A stretch of DNA of 64,000 nt from Treponemataceae bacterium (GTDB lineage: Bacteria > Spirochaetota > Spirochaetia > Treponematales > Treponemataceae), in assembly GCA_024680915.1 (NCBI GenBank), contig JAILBN010000035.1, forward strand, positions 8,435 through 72,434, in the 5' to 3' direction. This document shows positions 9,414 to 18,599 of the stretch, one piece after another; the first letter of the stretch is position 1; each line of letters opens with the position of its first letter. Both the position numbers and the translations under genes were made by a program. Below the pieces are notes generated by a model. That model was not told where the DNA came from, ran no database searches, and worked only from the letters and a program-made list of their open reading frames with translations.

Positions 9414-9578
9414 ATGATCCAGTATTTTGAAAAACTAGTTCGTGCCAATTTTCGTTATGGAAGGATGCGCTCCTGTTGCTGTCCTCTCTATAAAAGTCAA
9501 GATTACAATTTATTTTACAGGAGCAATTTATGTCAAACACACAGAAACTTCATTTCGAGACCTTACAATTACACGTAG
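9414..9578 (+). CDS. candidate regulatory leader peptide (54 aa) with a Cys-Cys-Cys run
   Basis: Below the ORF-track size cutoff. AGGAGG (9401-9406) sits 7 nt before the ATG at 9414. The product is MIQYFEKLVRANFRYGRMRSCCCPLYKSQDYNLFYRSNLCQTHRNFISRPYNYT. The ORF overlaps the metY start by 49 nt in another frame. Confidence 0.4.
   Translation: MIQYFEKLVRANFRYGRMRSCCCPLYKSQDYNLFYRSNLCQTHRNFISRPYNYT
9469..9486 (+). promoter_or_regulatory. twin anti-Shine-Dalgarno box embedded in the Cys codons of the uORF
   Basis: GCTCCTGT (9469-9476) is the exact reverse complement of ACAGGAGC (9517-9524, metY SD). CTGTCCTC (9479-9486) is the exact reverse complement of GAGGACAG (9403-9410, uORF SD). Confidence 0.4.
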
Positions 9579-10822
9579 GCCAGGAGCAAGCTGATCCAAC
9601 CACAGATTCCCGGGCTGTACCAATTTATCAGACGGCTGCATACCTCTTCCACAATTCCGCACATGCAGCTGCCCGCTTCGGGCTGAGCGACCCAGGAAAT
9701 ATCTACGGTCGTCTTACAAACTCAACCCAGGGTGTTTTTGAGGAAAGGGTGGCCGCACTGGAGGGAGGTGTGGCAGGTCTTGCTGTGGCAAGCGGTGCCG
9801 CAGCCATAACATACGCCTTCCAGAACATTGCGGGCCAGGGAGATCACATAGTAAGCTCCAAGACAATTTACGGCGGTACCTACAATCTTCTTGCCCATAC
9901 TCTTGCAGGATTCGGTATTGAGACGACCTTCGTGGACGGAAGCGATGTCTCGTACTTCCAGAAGGCCATCAGAAACAACACAAAGGCTATCTTCATAGAA
10001 ACGCTGGGAAACCCCAACTCTGACATACTGGATGTGGAGAAAATCGCGGAGATAGCCCACAAGAACAAGATTCCCCTGATAGTGGACAACACCTTCGGAA
10101 CTCCCTTCCTCTTCCGTCCCATAGAGCACGGCGCAGACATAGTGGTTCATTCTGCCACCAAGTTCATAGGCGGGCACGGAACTTCCCTGGGAGGAGTGAT
10201 TGTGGACAGTGGCAAATTCGACTGGAAGGCAAGCGGAAAGTTTCCCCTGCTAAGCGAGGGAGATCCCAGCTACCATGGGGTCAAGTTTACCGAAGCAGTA
10301 GGAGAAGCGGCTTATGTAACAAGAATCCGCGCTGTCATCCTCCGGGATACAGGCGCCACAATAAGTCCATTCAACGCTTTCATACTGCTCCAGGGCTTGG
10401 AAAGCTTGAGTCTACGACTGGAACGGCATGTATCAAATGCCCTTAAAGTCGTTGAATATCTCAGCAAGAATCCCAAGGTACTGAAGGTAAATCACCCGGC
10501 TCTTGAAAGCCACCCACAGCACGCTCTTTACAAGAAGTACTTCCCTCTTGGAGCTGGATCCATCTTCACCTTCGACATAAAGGGAGGCAAAGAGGCTGCA
10601 TGGACTTTCATAGACAACCTGAAAATTTTCAGCCTGCTGGCCAATGTAGCTGACGTAAAGTCACTGGTAATCCACCCTGCAACGACCACCCATAGCCAGC
10701 TTTCAGAAGCAGAGCTTAAGGATCAGGGTATAAGCCAAAGCACTATACGCCTATCAATAGGTACGGAGCATATTGATGACATTATAGCTGACCTTGACAA
10801 TGCGTTTAAGGCAGTGAAATGA
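9530..10822 (+). CDS. metY: O-acetylhomoserine sulfhydrylase / aminocarboxypropyltransferase (PLP-dependent, Cys/Met metabolism family)
   Basis: 430 aa. It has FETLQLHVGQE...DPTTDSRAVPIYQT and the PLP-lysine motif HSATKFIGGHG, both typical of MetY/CysD. Confidence 0.9.
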   Translation: MSNTQKLHFETLQLHVGQEQADPTTDSRAVPIYQTAAYLFHNSAHAAARFGLSDPGNIYGRLTNSTQGVFEERVAALEGGVAGLAVASGAAAITYAFQNIAGQGDHIVSSKTIYGGTYNLLAHTLAGFGIETTFVDGSDVSYFQKAIRNNTKAIFIETLGNPNSDILDVEKIAEIAHKNKIPLIVDNTFGTPFLFRPIEHGADIVVHSATKFIGGHGTSLGGVIVDSGKFDWKASGKFPLLSEGDPSYHGVKFTEAVGEAAYVTRIRAVILRDTGATISPFNAFILLQGLESLSLRLERHVSNALKVVEYLSKNPKVLKVNHPALESHPQHALYKKYFPLGAGSIFTFDIKGGKEAAWTFIDNLKIFSLLANVADVKSLVIHPATTTHSQLSEAELKDQGISQSTIRLSIGTEHIDDIIADLDNAFKAVK

Positions 10823-10908
10823 ATGAAGGGCTGTCTGAAAGCTTTATGACTTTTCAGACAGCATATTAACAGTGTATTATATATCGTAAAGAAAAGGATA
10901 TTACTATT

Positions 10909-11841
10909 ATGGCAAAGATTTTTAAAACAGCAGACCAGCTTATTGGTCACACACCCCTTCTTGAGCTTACTCATATTGAGAAAGAGTTCTCTCTGGAGGC
11001 TAAAATTTATGCAAAGCTTGAGTATTTTAACCCGGCAGGAAGCGTCAAAGACCGTATTGCGAAAGCAATGCTGGACGAAGCTGAGAAATCCGGAAAGCTT
11101 ACAAAGGATTCAGTAATAATAGAGCCCACCTCTGGAAATACCGGAATAGGACTTGCTTCTGTTGCCGCTGCCAGGGGTTACAAAATCATCATAGTAATGC
11201 CAGAAACCATGTCCATTGAGCGCCGTCAGCTTATGAAGGCCTATGGAGCGGAGCTTGTGCTTACAGAGGGTGCAAAGGGCATGAAGGGAGCAATAGCGAA
11301 GGCGGAGGAGCTGGCAAAAAGCACACCAGGAGGCTTTATACCAGGTCAGTTCGTTAACCCCGCTAACCCCAAGGCTCATTTCGAGACCACAGGTCCTGAG
11401 ATTTGGGAAGACACTGATGGCGATGTGGATATATTCGTAGCAGGTGTTGGAACAGGTGGAACTATAACAGGTACAGGCCAGTATCTTAAATCAAAGAACA
11501 AGAAGGTCAAAGTAGTCGCTGTGGAGCCTGCCTCAAGCCCAGTCCTCAGCAAAGGCACGGCCGGAGCTCATAAGATTCAGGGAATAGGAGCGGGCTTCGT
11601 TCCAGATGTCCTGGATACAAAGGTCTATGATGAAGTGATTGCTGTGGAGAACGAAGCAGCCTTCGCGACAGGTAAGAAAATCGGTCAGAAGGAAGGCGTG
11701 CTGGTAGGTATTTCCAGCGGAGCCGCGGCTTGGGCTGCCATTGAGCTTGCCAAGAGGCCTGAGAATAAGGGAAAGAAAATCGTAGTTCTGCTGCCGGATA
11801 CAGGTGACAGATACCTCTCCACTCCTTTGTTCGCTGACTGA
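10909..11841 (+). CDS. cysK: cysteine synthase A (O-acetylserine sulfhydrylase)
   Basis: 310 aa. It has [26 protein letters not shown] (PLP lysine), [12 protein letters not shown] and [10 protein letters not shown]. Confidence 0.92.
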   Translation: MAKIFKTADQLIGHTPLLELTHIEKEFSLEAKIYAKLEYFNPAGSVKDRIAKAMLDEAEKSGKLTKDSVIIEPTSGNTGIGLASVAAARGYKIIIVMPETMSIERRQLMKAYGAELVLTEGAKGMKGAIAKAEELAKSTPGGFIPGQFVNPANPKAHFETTGPEIWEDTDGDVDIFVAGVGTGGTITGTGQYLKSKNKKVKVVAVEPASSPVLSKGTAGAHKIQGIGAGFVPDVLDTKVYDEVIAVENEAAFATGKKIGQKEGVLVGISSGAAAWAAIELAKRPENKGKKIVVLLPDTGDRYLSTPLFAD

Positions 11842-11868
11842 ACTAAAAAAGAGAAGGAAAGAAGCCTC

Positions 11869-12282
11869 ATGATAGTCTCGACAAAAGGAAGATATGCCCT
11901 AAGAGTAATGACAGACCTTGCGGAGCACAGCAAAACTGACCGCATTCCTCTTAAGGAGATTGCAGAAAGACAGGGTATTTCTCAAAAATACATAGAGGCC
12001 ATTATGACTCTTCTTTCCAAGAACGGCATGGTAGACGCCGTCCATGGCAAAGGCGGCGGCTACAAGCTCAACAAGAAACCGGAAGAATACAGGGTGGGAG
12101 ATATACTTCGTATTACGGAAGGAACGCTGGCTCCGGTAGCCTGTCTTCAGCAGGGGGCAGAAGAATGCCCGAGGAAGCCCATATGCAGGACCGTCAAGCT
12201 ATGGACAAAGCTTGACTCCCTCGTGGAGAATTATCTTGACAGCGTCACTCTTGCAGACCTGATGGAGCAGCCGGAGCCTTAG
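11869..12282 (+). CDS. Rrf2 family transcriptional regulator (CymR/IscR-like)
   Basis: 137 aa. STKGRYALRVMTDLA is the typical Rrf2 N-terminus and GGGYKL is also present. It has three Cys (C-x8-C-x5-C) that might ligate an Fe-S cluster. Confidence 0.85.
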   Translation: MIVSTKGRYALRVMTDLAEHSKTDRIPLKEIAERQGISQKYIEAIMTLLSKNGMVDAVHGKGGGYKLNKKPEEYRVGDILRITEGTLAPVACLQQGAEECPRKPICRTVKLWTKLDSLVENYLDSVTLADLMEQPEP

Positions 12283-12340
12283 AATCTGACGATTCTGAAT
12301 CTGAAGATTCTGAATCTGACGATTCTGAAGCTAAAGCTTC
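12281..12340. repeat. tandem 15-nt palindromic units filling the convergent intergenic gap
   Basis: aGAATCTGACGATTCT, GAATCTGAAGATTCT and GAATCTGACGATTCT are followed by GAAGCTAAAGCTTC. Each unit has self-complementary arms (GAATC/GATTC, GAAGCT/AGCTTC). The array lies exactly between the rrf2 stop (12280-12282) and the MATE stop (12341-12343). Confidence 0.85.
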
Positions 12341-13732
12341 TTAAGCATCACCATGGGAAGGCTCAGATTGCTCATCCTTGCTCCGGGTTAAGTCCTTTAC
12401 CCACTTATATTTACGATAATGCAACAAGACCCAGGGAATCTTTCCCACCTCATCCACGCAGGTACAGGCGTAAACCACAAGGACCGGCCAGTGCAGCCAG
12501 AAGGTTCCCATAGCCGCCAGTGGAACTGCGATACCCCACATACAGACAGCAAGGCTGTAGACATCGAAAATTGAATCGCCGCCGCAATAGAAAATACCGT
12601 TTATAAGCACAGAATTCACTGTCCTGCCTATCATATAGAAGGCCATTATCAGCATCATGCCCCAAAGGTAGGAAGAAGCCTGATCCGTAAGCTTGACGAA
12701 TTTAAGAGAAAGAGGCAGGACCAAGAGCATAAGGGCCGTGGACAAAAAGCCGGCGGCGAAGGAAAGCTTTACCAGCCTGTCCCCATAGAGCTTTCCCTTG
12801 CTGAGGTTACCGGCTCCCAGCTCATTCCCCACGATTATACCGGCTGCACTGCTGAGTCCGTTACAGAGGGCACATACCAGGTCCCTTATCACCGAGGCCA
12901 CGGAATTAGCGGCAGCGGAATCGGTTCCTAAATGCCCCATAAAGGCAGAGTAAGAGGTGAAGCCTATTCCCCAGAACATACAGGCACCGAAGACAGGGAG
13001 GAAAAGCTTGAAAAAATCAGCATTAAGCTGCTTGAGCCGGGCAAAGAAACGCTTATATTCAGGGTGTATATAGCCTTTAGTATGGGAAATTATCACAGAC
13101 CAAAGAAGCTCCACTATGCGGGCAATCAAAGTAGCTACAGCAGCGCCCTGCACCCCCATAGCGGGAAGCCCCAGAAAACCGAAGATTAATATCGCATTGA
13201 GAATTATATTTAGGACGACGGTGACAGAGCTTATCGCCGCCGACATGCTGGCATTTCCGCTGACCTTCATGACTGCAAGGAAGCACTGGGAAATACCTGT
13301 AAGAAGATAGGACCAGCCCGCAATCTTAAGGTATCTGACTCCTATCCCCACCAGAACTTCTTCCTGGGTGAAAAGGAGCATTAGATACCTGGGGAAGAAC
13401 AAGCAGCCTACAAAAAAGAGGACGGAGGCAAAAATCGATACCTTAAGGGCTATAGAAAGAATATCCTTGACCGCCCGTATGTCATTCTTGCCCCAGTACT
13501 GGGCTCCAAGAACGGCGATTACGGAGGTGGCCGCGTATATGACGAAATTCTGTATGAACTGAATCTGGGTAGCAAGGGAAACCGCGGACATGGAGTTCTG
13601 CTCAACCCGACCCAGCATGAAGGCATCTGCGGCGGCCACCAGGGCCAGCATCAGGCTCTGTAAGGAGATGGGAAGCATCAGCTTCAAAAGCTTCCTGTAA
13701 AATTCACGGTCGTGGGTCTTATAAAGGCTCAT
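12341..13732 (-). CDS. MATE family efflux transporter
   Basis: 463-aa 12-TM-type protein. The N-terminus KLMLPISLQSLMLALVAAADAFMLGRV is typical of MATE/NorM-like transporters. Confidence 0.85.
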   Translation of the reverse strand: MSLYKTHDREFYRKLLKLMLPISLQSLMLALVAAADAFMLGRVEQNSMSAVSLATQIQFIQNFVIYAATSVIAVLGAQYWGKNDIRAVKDILSIALKVSIFASVLFFVGCLFFPRYLMLLFTQEEVLVGIGVRYLKIAGWSYLLTGISQCFLAVMKVSGNASMSAAISSVTVVLNIILNAILIFGFLGLPAMGVQGAAVATLIARIVELLWSVIISHTKGYIHPEYKRFFARLKQLNADFFKLFLPVFGACMFWGIGFTSYSAFMGHLGTDSAAANSVASVIRDLVCALCNGLSSAAGIIVGNELGAGNLSKGKLYGDRLVKLSFAAGFLSTALMLLVLPLSLKFVKLTDQASSYLWGMMLIMAFYMIGRTVNSVLINGIFYCGGDSIFDVYSLAVCMWGIAVPLAAMGTFWLHWPVLVVYACTCVDEVGKIPWVLLHYRKYKWVKDLTRSKDEQSEPSHGDA

Positions 13733-15135
13733 ACAGCAGCAGCCTCCGCCCCAGAAACCTTATTGTCTTCCGCAAGGTTCTTCACCCACTTCTCTTTTTT
13801 CAACCAGAAATGGGCTATTAGTATTTTCAGGAAATCAGAGAACTTTATTATAGTGTACATCAGTACAGGACCAAAATTCGTCAGGTTAGCCATTATAAAC
13901 ATTCCAGGAAGCACCAAGCCCAAATTAGCGCTAAGGTCTATAAGCATTCCCATGACTGTATCCCCTCCTGCCCGGGATACAGAGAACTGAGCGTTCACAT
14001 AGACCCAAACAGGCATGAAAACAGACATCACAAGGACCATCATGTTGGTAATTCCCCGGGCGCTTTCGCTGAGGTTCCCGAATACCACCGGAACCAGAAG
14101 CATTGTGGCAAGGCCGAAAAGCGACATGAAGCAGCCGAAAAGAAAGGCGGCGTTCAACAGCCAGGTCTTCTGGGAGCGGGCTTCATCCAGCTTCCCCTGT
14201 CCTAAGGTCTGGCCTATTATTATGCTTGTGGCAGTATTTATACCACCGAAAGCCACGAAGAAAAGATTTGCTATGGCGAAACCTGCGGCCATTCCGGAGA
14301 CCACATCAGCACCTCCCCTGCCATTGTAGAGGGCTGTAGTGATAGTCTCGGAAAGCACCCACATCATCTCGGATACGAAAATCATGCTTCCTTTTTTGAG
14401 GATCTCGCGGAAAAGCTTGAAATTTATATGAAGCAAATCTGTGATGCCTATTGAGAAAGGAGGTTTATTCTTCATTACGTAGATGACAAATAAAAGCATC
14501 TCAATGCAGCGCGCTATTATCGTGGCGTAGGCGGCACCCCTTACCTCAAGACGGGGAGCCCCCAGGTTACCATAAATAAGGACCCAGTTGAAGAAGGTGT
14601 TTACACAGGTGGCTATGACCGAAATGACCAGAGGGACTTTCACTTTGCCAATCTCACGGAGAGAGGAGGATATGACGGAGGACAAAGCCATGGGCAGTCC
14701 TATGAAGCCCATAAGGAACATATATTCCGCAGCCACATCTATTATTTCCTCAGCCTGGGAATTTCCCATAACCATAAGACTTAGGAAGGTTCGCGGCACG
14801 ACCATGCAGACAAAAAGGAAAAGAAGGAGAGCGAAAAAACAGAAAAGAAGCTTAAAGCAAAAGGATTGTTTCATCCCCTCCTTGTTTTTAGCACCTGCAA
14901 ACTGAGTCAGGAAGATTCCGCCGGACATGCACACAGTGTTCATAAAGACCATAAAGACGAAGAGAAGCTGCCCGGAGATATTGACCCCGGACATCTTTAT
15001 GTCACCAAGGCCTGAGACCATAAAATTATCAATCAGAGAGACAAGGTTCTGGATGAGCATCTGTGCCATTACCGGCAGAGCGATCATCAGAGCCCTTTTA
15101 TAAAAGATTGCAGAACCAAAATGTTTTCTAGCCAC
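13729..15135 (-). CDS. MATE family efflux transporter (paralogue)
   Basis: 468 aa. ALPVMAQMLIQNLVSLIDNFMVSGLG is a MATE N-terminal motif. It overlaps the downstream MATE gene by 4 nt. Confidence 0.85.
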   Translation of the reverse strand: MARKHFGSAIFYKRALMIALPVMAQMLIQNLVSLIDNFMVSGLGDIKMSGVNISGQLLFVFMVFMNTVCMSGGIFLTQFAGAKNKEGMKQSFCFKLLFCFFALLLFLFVCMVVPRTFLSLMVMGNSQAEEIIDVAAEYMFLMGFIGLPMALSSVISSSLREIGKVKVPLVISVIATCVNTFFNWVLIYGNLGAPRLEVRGAAYATIIARCIEMLLFVIYVMKNKPPFSIGITDLLHINFKLFREILKKGSMIFVSEMMWVLSETITTALYNGRGGADVVSGMAAGFAIANLFFVAFGGINTATSIIIGQTLGQGKLDEARSQKTWLLNAAFLFGCFMSLFGLATMLLVPVVFGNLSESARGITNMMVLVMSVFMPVWVYVNAQFSVSRAGGDTVMGMLIDLSANLGLVLPGMFIMANLTNFGPVLMYTIIKFSDFLKILIAHFWLKKEKWVKNLAEDNKVSGAEAAAV

Positions 15136-15288
15136 TTGTATCAGTAATTCCTTTCAATTATTTCTCCCTGTCATGGAAATATATAAAGGGAGTTTTATGT
15201 CTCTCTCTAATTACAGAAGAAAGAGAAAATAGTCAATAGTCAAAAGGTTTTATTGTTAATACTTATGATTCGATATATAATAACGAAT

Positions 15289-16083
15289 ATGAACAATCGG
15301 AAATGGGCTCTCGTAACTGGTGCATCAGGCGGAGTCGGAAAAGAGACGGCAAGAATTCTGGCGGGCAAAAAATGGAATCTTATCCTTGTAGCCCGCAGCC
15401 AGGATAAACTTTATCAGCTTAAGACAGAACTAAATGAAAAAGAAGGGATTGATATAAGGATTTTTCCCTGTGATTTATCAAGGGAGAATGCAGCGCACGA
15501 CTTGTTTTCTTTCTGTGAGAAGGAAGGCATAAAAGTAGATCTTCTCATAAATAATGCTGGTTGCGGATTATACGGTCCCTCGATAGAGCTGGGGGACAAG
15601 ACCTTAGGAATGCTTAACCTGAATATTATAGCACTTACTCAAATGTGCATGCTTTTCGGGAAAGATATGGCAGAACGCAGGGAGGGCTCAATCCTCAACA
15701 TAGGCTCAATAGCAGGAAACCAGCCTACCCCTCTTTTCGCATCCTATGCGGCAAGCAAAAGCTATGTTTTGAACTATTCTCTGGCCTTAAGGCATGAGCT
15801 TTCTCAATACGGAGTAAATGTCACCTGCCTGCAACCCGGCTATATACGTACCCAGTTTGATAATAACTGCGGTATAGAAAGCGAGAAATACAAGAAATTC
15901 TCCTATAAAAACGGAATGACGGCATATGCTGTCGCAAAACGCGGGGTAAAAGCTGTATTCTCCAAAAGGTCATACGTAAGAGCAGGCTTTGTTAATAAAA
16001 TCGTGGCATTTGCCTCAGGCCTCATACCTAAAAACTTTTTGTCATGGTGCATTTCTAAATCCATGAAATCTCTTACTGAATAA
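15289..16083 (+). CDS. SDR family oxidoreductase (classical short-chain dehydrogenase)
   Basis: Cofactor motif TGASGGVGK, NNAG, and the catalytic YAASK (YxxxK). The C-terminus is hydrophobic. I prefer the ATG at 15289 over the track's TTG at 15253. Confidence 0.85.
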   Translation: MNNRKWALVTGASGGVGKETARILAGKKWNLILVARSQDKLYQLKTELNEKEGIDIRIFPCDLSRENAAHDLFSFCEKEGIKVDLLINNAGCGLYGPSIELGDKTLGMLNLNIIALTQMCMLFGKDMAERREGSILNIGSIAGNQPTPLFASYAASKSYVLNYSLALRHELSQYGVNVTCLQPGYIRTQFDNNCGIESEKYKKFSYKNGMTAYAVAKRGVKAVFSKRSYVRAGFVNKIVAFASGLIPKNFLSWCISKSMKSLTE

Positions 16084-16095
16084 AGGTAAATAACA

Positions 16096-17295
16096 ATGAA
16101 ACCCAGAAATATATTCTCAGTAGTACCAAAACTCCTAAGCCTTCAGTTGTCTGTCGGTCTGAAAATGCTTCACGGCTTTATCAATTACGGAAAGGCAAAA
16201 ATAAAAAAACGCCACTTTGAAGGCTATGACCATATGAAAAACTTCAGCCTCATATACTTCAAGCTGACCCCCCTCTGTAACCTTCGCTGCAAAATGTGCG
16301 GACAAAGGGGGGACAAGGGTTATCTTAAGGGGGAATATGCCGCCAATGAGGCAAAGAAGATAGTTCCCCTTGAGACCTACAAAAGCCTTGTTGACCAGCT
16401 TGCCTACAAGCGCCCGGTCTATTATCTCTGGGGAGGAGAACCCTTCCTTTATCCGGATCTTTGCGACCTTGTGGCCTATATACAGGAAAAGGGCTCCTTC
16501 TGCTCAGTGAATACAAACGGAACCCTGCTTGAGAAATACGCTGAAAGAATAGTCCGGGACAAATGGAATGTAATATTCGTCTCTTTGGATGCCTTCCGTG
16601 AGGTCAATGACGAGATACGAGGGCCAGGCAGCTATGACCGGGTTGTGAAAGGCTTCGAGGCAATAAACCGTGAGAAGAAGAGACAGAATTCCCGCTTCCC
16701 TTCCATGGGTATAGTAACAACGGTCACGAACAAGAACTATAAGGACCTTCAGGACCTTGCTATTGCCTGTAAAGACTTCAACATTGACTGGCATATATAC
16801 AATTTGGGAACCTATACCAATGACGAGATCGTGGCAAAGCACAAGGAATTCTTCAAGACAAAGCTGGGAATAGAAAGTGTCTGTCTGCAGGCTTATAACA
16901 CAGGCTATAACAACGGAATCGACGGAGCGGAGCTTCACAAGACACTGGAGACAATCCATTCCACCGATTACGGCTATCTGAGCATTACAGTTCCAACCCT
17001 GAATCCAGAAAAAACCGATGAATATTACCACCACCTGGATATCCCTGTACGAGACCACTGTATCGTGCCATGGACCCAGGCCAGCATCAACTATAACGGG
17101 GACGTCTGCTTCTGCGCAGACTATACGGAGTATCCTATAGGAAACATCAAGGATCAACCCTTCAAGGAAATATACAACGGAGAAAGAGCCAACAAGTTCC
17201 GTCATGCGATAGACGAATGTCCCGGCTCAATTTTCCCGGGATGTATCCGCTGCTACCAGAACATGCTTTTCGGCAAGAAGCTGAAGGGCTATTAA
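16096..17295 (+). CDS. radical SAM protein with C-terminal SPASM/twitch-like Cys-rich domain
   Basis: CNLRCKMC (CX3CX2C, residues 61-68) and GGEPFLY. The C-terminus is Cys-rich: C...CFC...ECPGSIFPGCIRC. It starts 13 nt after the SDR gene. Confidence 0.85.
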   Translation: MKPRNIFSVVPKLLSLQLSVGLKMLHGFINYGKAKIKKRHFEGYDHMKNFSLIYFKLTPLCNLRCKMCGQRGDKGYLKGEYAANEAKKIVPLETYKSLVDQLAYKRPVYYLWGGEPFLYPDLCDLVAYIQEKGSFCSVNTNGTLLEKYAERIVRDKWNVIFVSLDAFREVNDEIRGPGSYDRVVKGFEAINREKKRQNSRFPSMGIVTTVTNKNYKDLQDLAIACKDFNIDWHIYNLGTYTNDEIVAKHKEFFKTKLGIESVCLQAYNTGYNNGIDGAELHKTLETIHSTDYGYLSITVPTLNPEKTDEYYHHLDIPVRDHCIVPWTQASINYNGDVCFCADYTEYPIGNIKDQPFKEIYNGERANKFRHAIDECPGSIFPGCIRCYQNMLFGKKLKGY

Positions 17296-17315
17296 AGAAT
17301 AGGGGGCAAGGAAGT

Positions 17316-17358
17316 GCACCAAAAGTCTTGAAAGCAGCTTTTGGTGCCTTTTTTATTT
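17316..17358 (+). terminator. intrinsic terminator after the radical SAM gene
   Basis: GCACCAAAAG (17316-17325) pairs with CTTTTGGTGC (17338-17347), followed by CTTTTTTATTTT. It overlaps the stop codon of the convergent hydrolase gene. Confidence 0.75.
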
Positions 17359-18489
17359 TCCGAAAACCAAATCTTTCAAGGCAGGATGTATCACGTCGTA
17401 GGAATCACCGTAATTTCTTACATGCTGAGAATATACAAAGCTGGTCTTTGATACGGTGTCCATGGTGATGCAGCTTCCTGCGGCGCCGTCCCAACCGAAA
17501 ATCCCTGCAGGAGAAATAGAAGAGGCTGATTCCGGGTTCATCAGGACAGACATTCCGCAACCATAACCGTAGCCGGGCCTTTTCATGGTGGCACGCATAT
17601 CATTTATGGAAGCTTCTCCAAGAAGGTTCTGCTTTATTCTCTCTATAGTCTCCGGTCTGAGTAGCCTTATTCCGTCAGCGGAAATACCACCGCAGGCAAT
17701 AGTATCCGCAAGCTTGGCGTAATCCTCGGTGCAGCTTATAAGGCCGGCGCCACCGCTCTGGTAGCTCTCTGAGAACTGATAGCAGCAGGACTGGTCCATG
17801 GGGACTATCTTTTCCTTCTCATTGTAAATATACTGCTGGGCAAGTCCTTTTACTGAACTGTTATCAGGCTTAGCGAAGAAGGTGTTCTGAAAATGCAGGG
17901 GCTCCCAGATATTTTTCTTAAGATAATCCCCGAAGCTCATGCCTGAAACCACCTCAATCACAGCGGCGACCACATCATGACTCAGGCTGTAGAAGAAATG
18001 GGTTCCTGGCTGGAAGTTCAAGGGACTTTCGACAAAAGAATCGACGATCTCCCTTGTGGTCGCTTCCTGGCCCTTCTCACGCAATACACGAAGGATTCCA
18101 GGACGGGACAAGTCGTAATCAAGACCGGACTGCATGGATACGAGGTGTCTTATTTTTATAGGATGAGCCAGGGGCTCAGTTCCAATCTTTGTCTTTACCA
18201 GCGCATTCTTATAAGCAGGAAGATATTGAGCCACATCATCATCCAGGGAAAGCTTCTCCTGCTCCACAAGCTGCATCAAAGCGGTCATTGTCTGAACTTT
18301 TGTCATAGAAAACATAAGATAAAGAGTGTCAGCTTTGACCTCTTCTTTGTGTTCTATATCAATGGTTCCCTTCATATGACGGTATATCTCTTTATGATTC
18401 TGGTATACGATACAATCCACGGAAGGAATACCAAGCTCCAGCAAGGAATCAAGATATTCTGTCATTTTCTTACTATCAAAGCCACTCAT
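17353..18489 (-). CDS. serine hydrolase, beta-lactamase/transpeptidase-like (class C/esterase family)
   Basis: 378 aa. It has the SxxK motif in FSMTKVQT and beta-lactamase-fold-like sequence, with no signal peptide. Confidence 0.75.
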   Translation of the reverse strand: MSGFDSKKMTEYLDSLLELGIPSVDCIVYQNHKEIYRHMKGTIDIEHKEEVKADTLYLMFSMTKVQTMTALMQLVEQEKLSLDDDVAQYLPAYKNALVKTKIGTEPLAHPIKIRHLVSMQSGLDYDLSRPGILRVLREKGQEATTREIVDSFVESPLNFQPGTHFFYSLSHDVVAAVIEVVSGMSFGDYLKKNIWEPLHFQNTFFAKPDNSSVKGLAQQYIYNEKEKIVPMDQSCCYQFSESYQSGGAGLISCTEDYAKLADTIACGGISADGIRLLRPETIERIKQNLLGEASINDMRATMKRPGYGYGCGMSVLMNPESASSISPAGIFGWDGAAGSCITMDTVSKTSFVYSQHVRNYGDSYDVIHPALKDLVFGK

Positions 18490-18599
18490 AATGCCCCCAA
18501 ATGCATAAGGTAAGGAGCTCTTTCAAAAAAACTTGAAAGGCTTCTTTCGATATTCTCTATCTTTTTGCATTTTTATACAATGGGGTTTATAATTATTCC

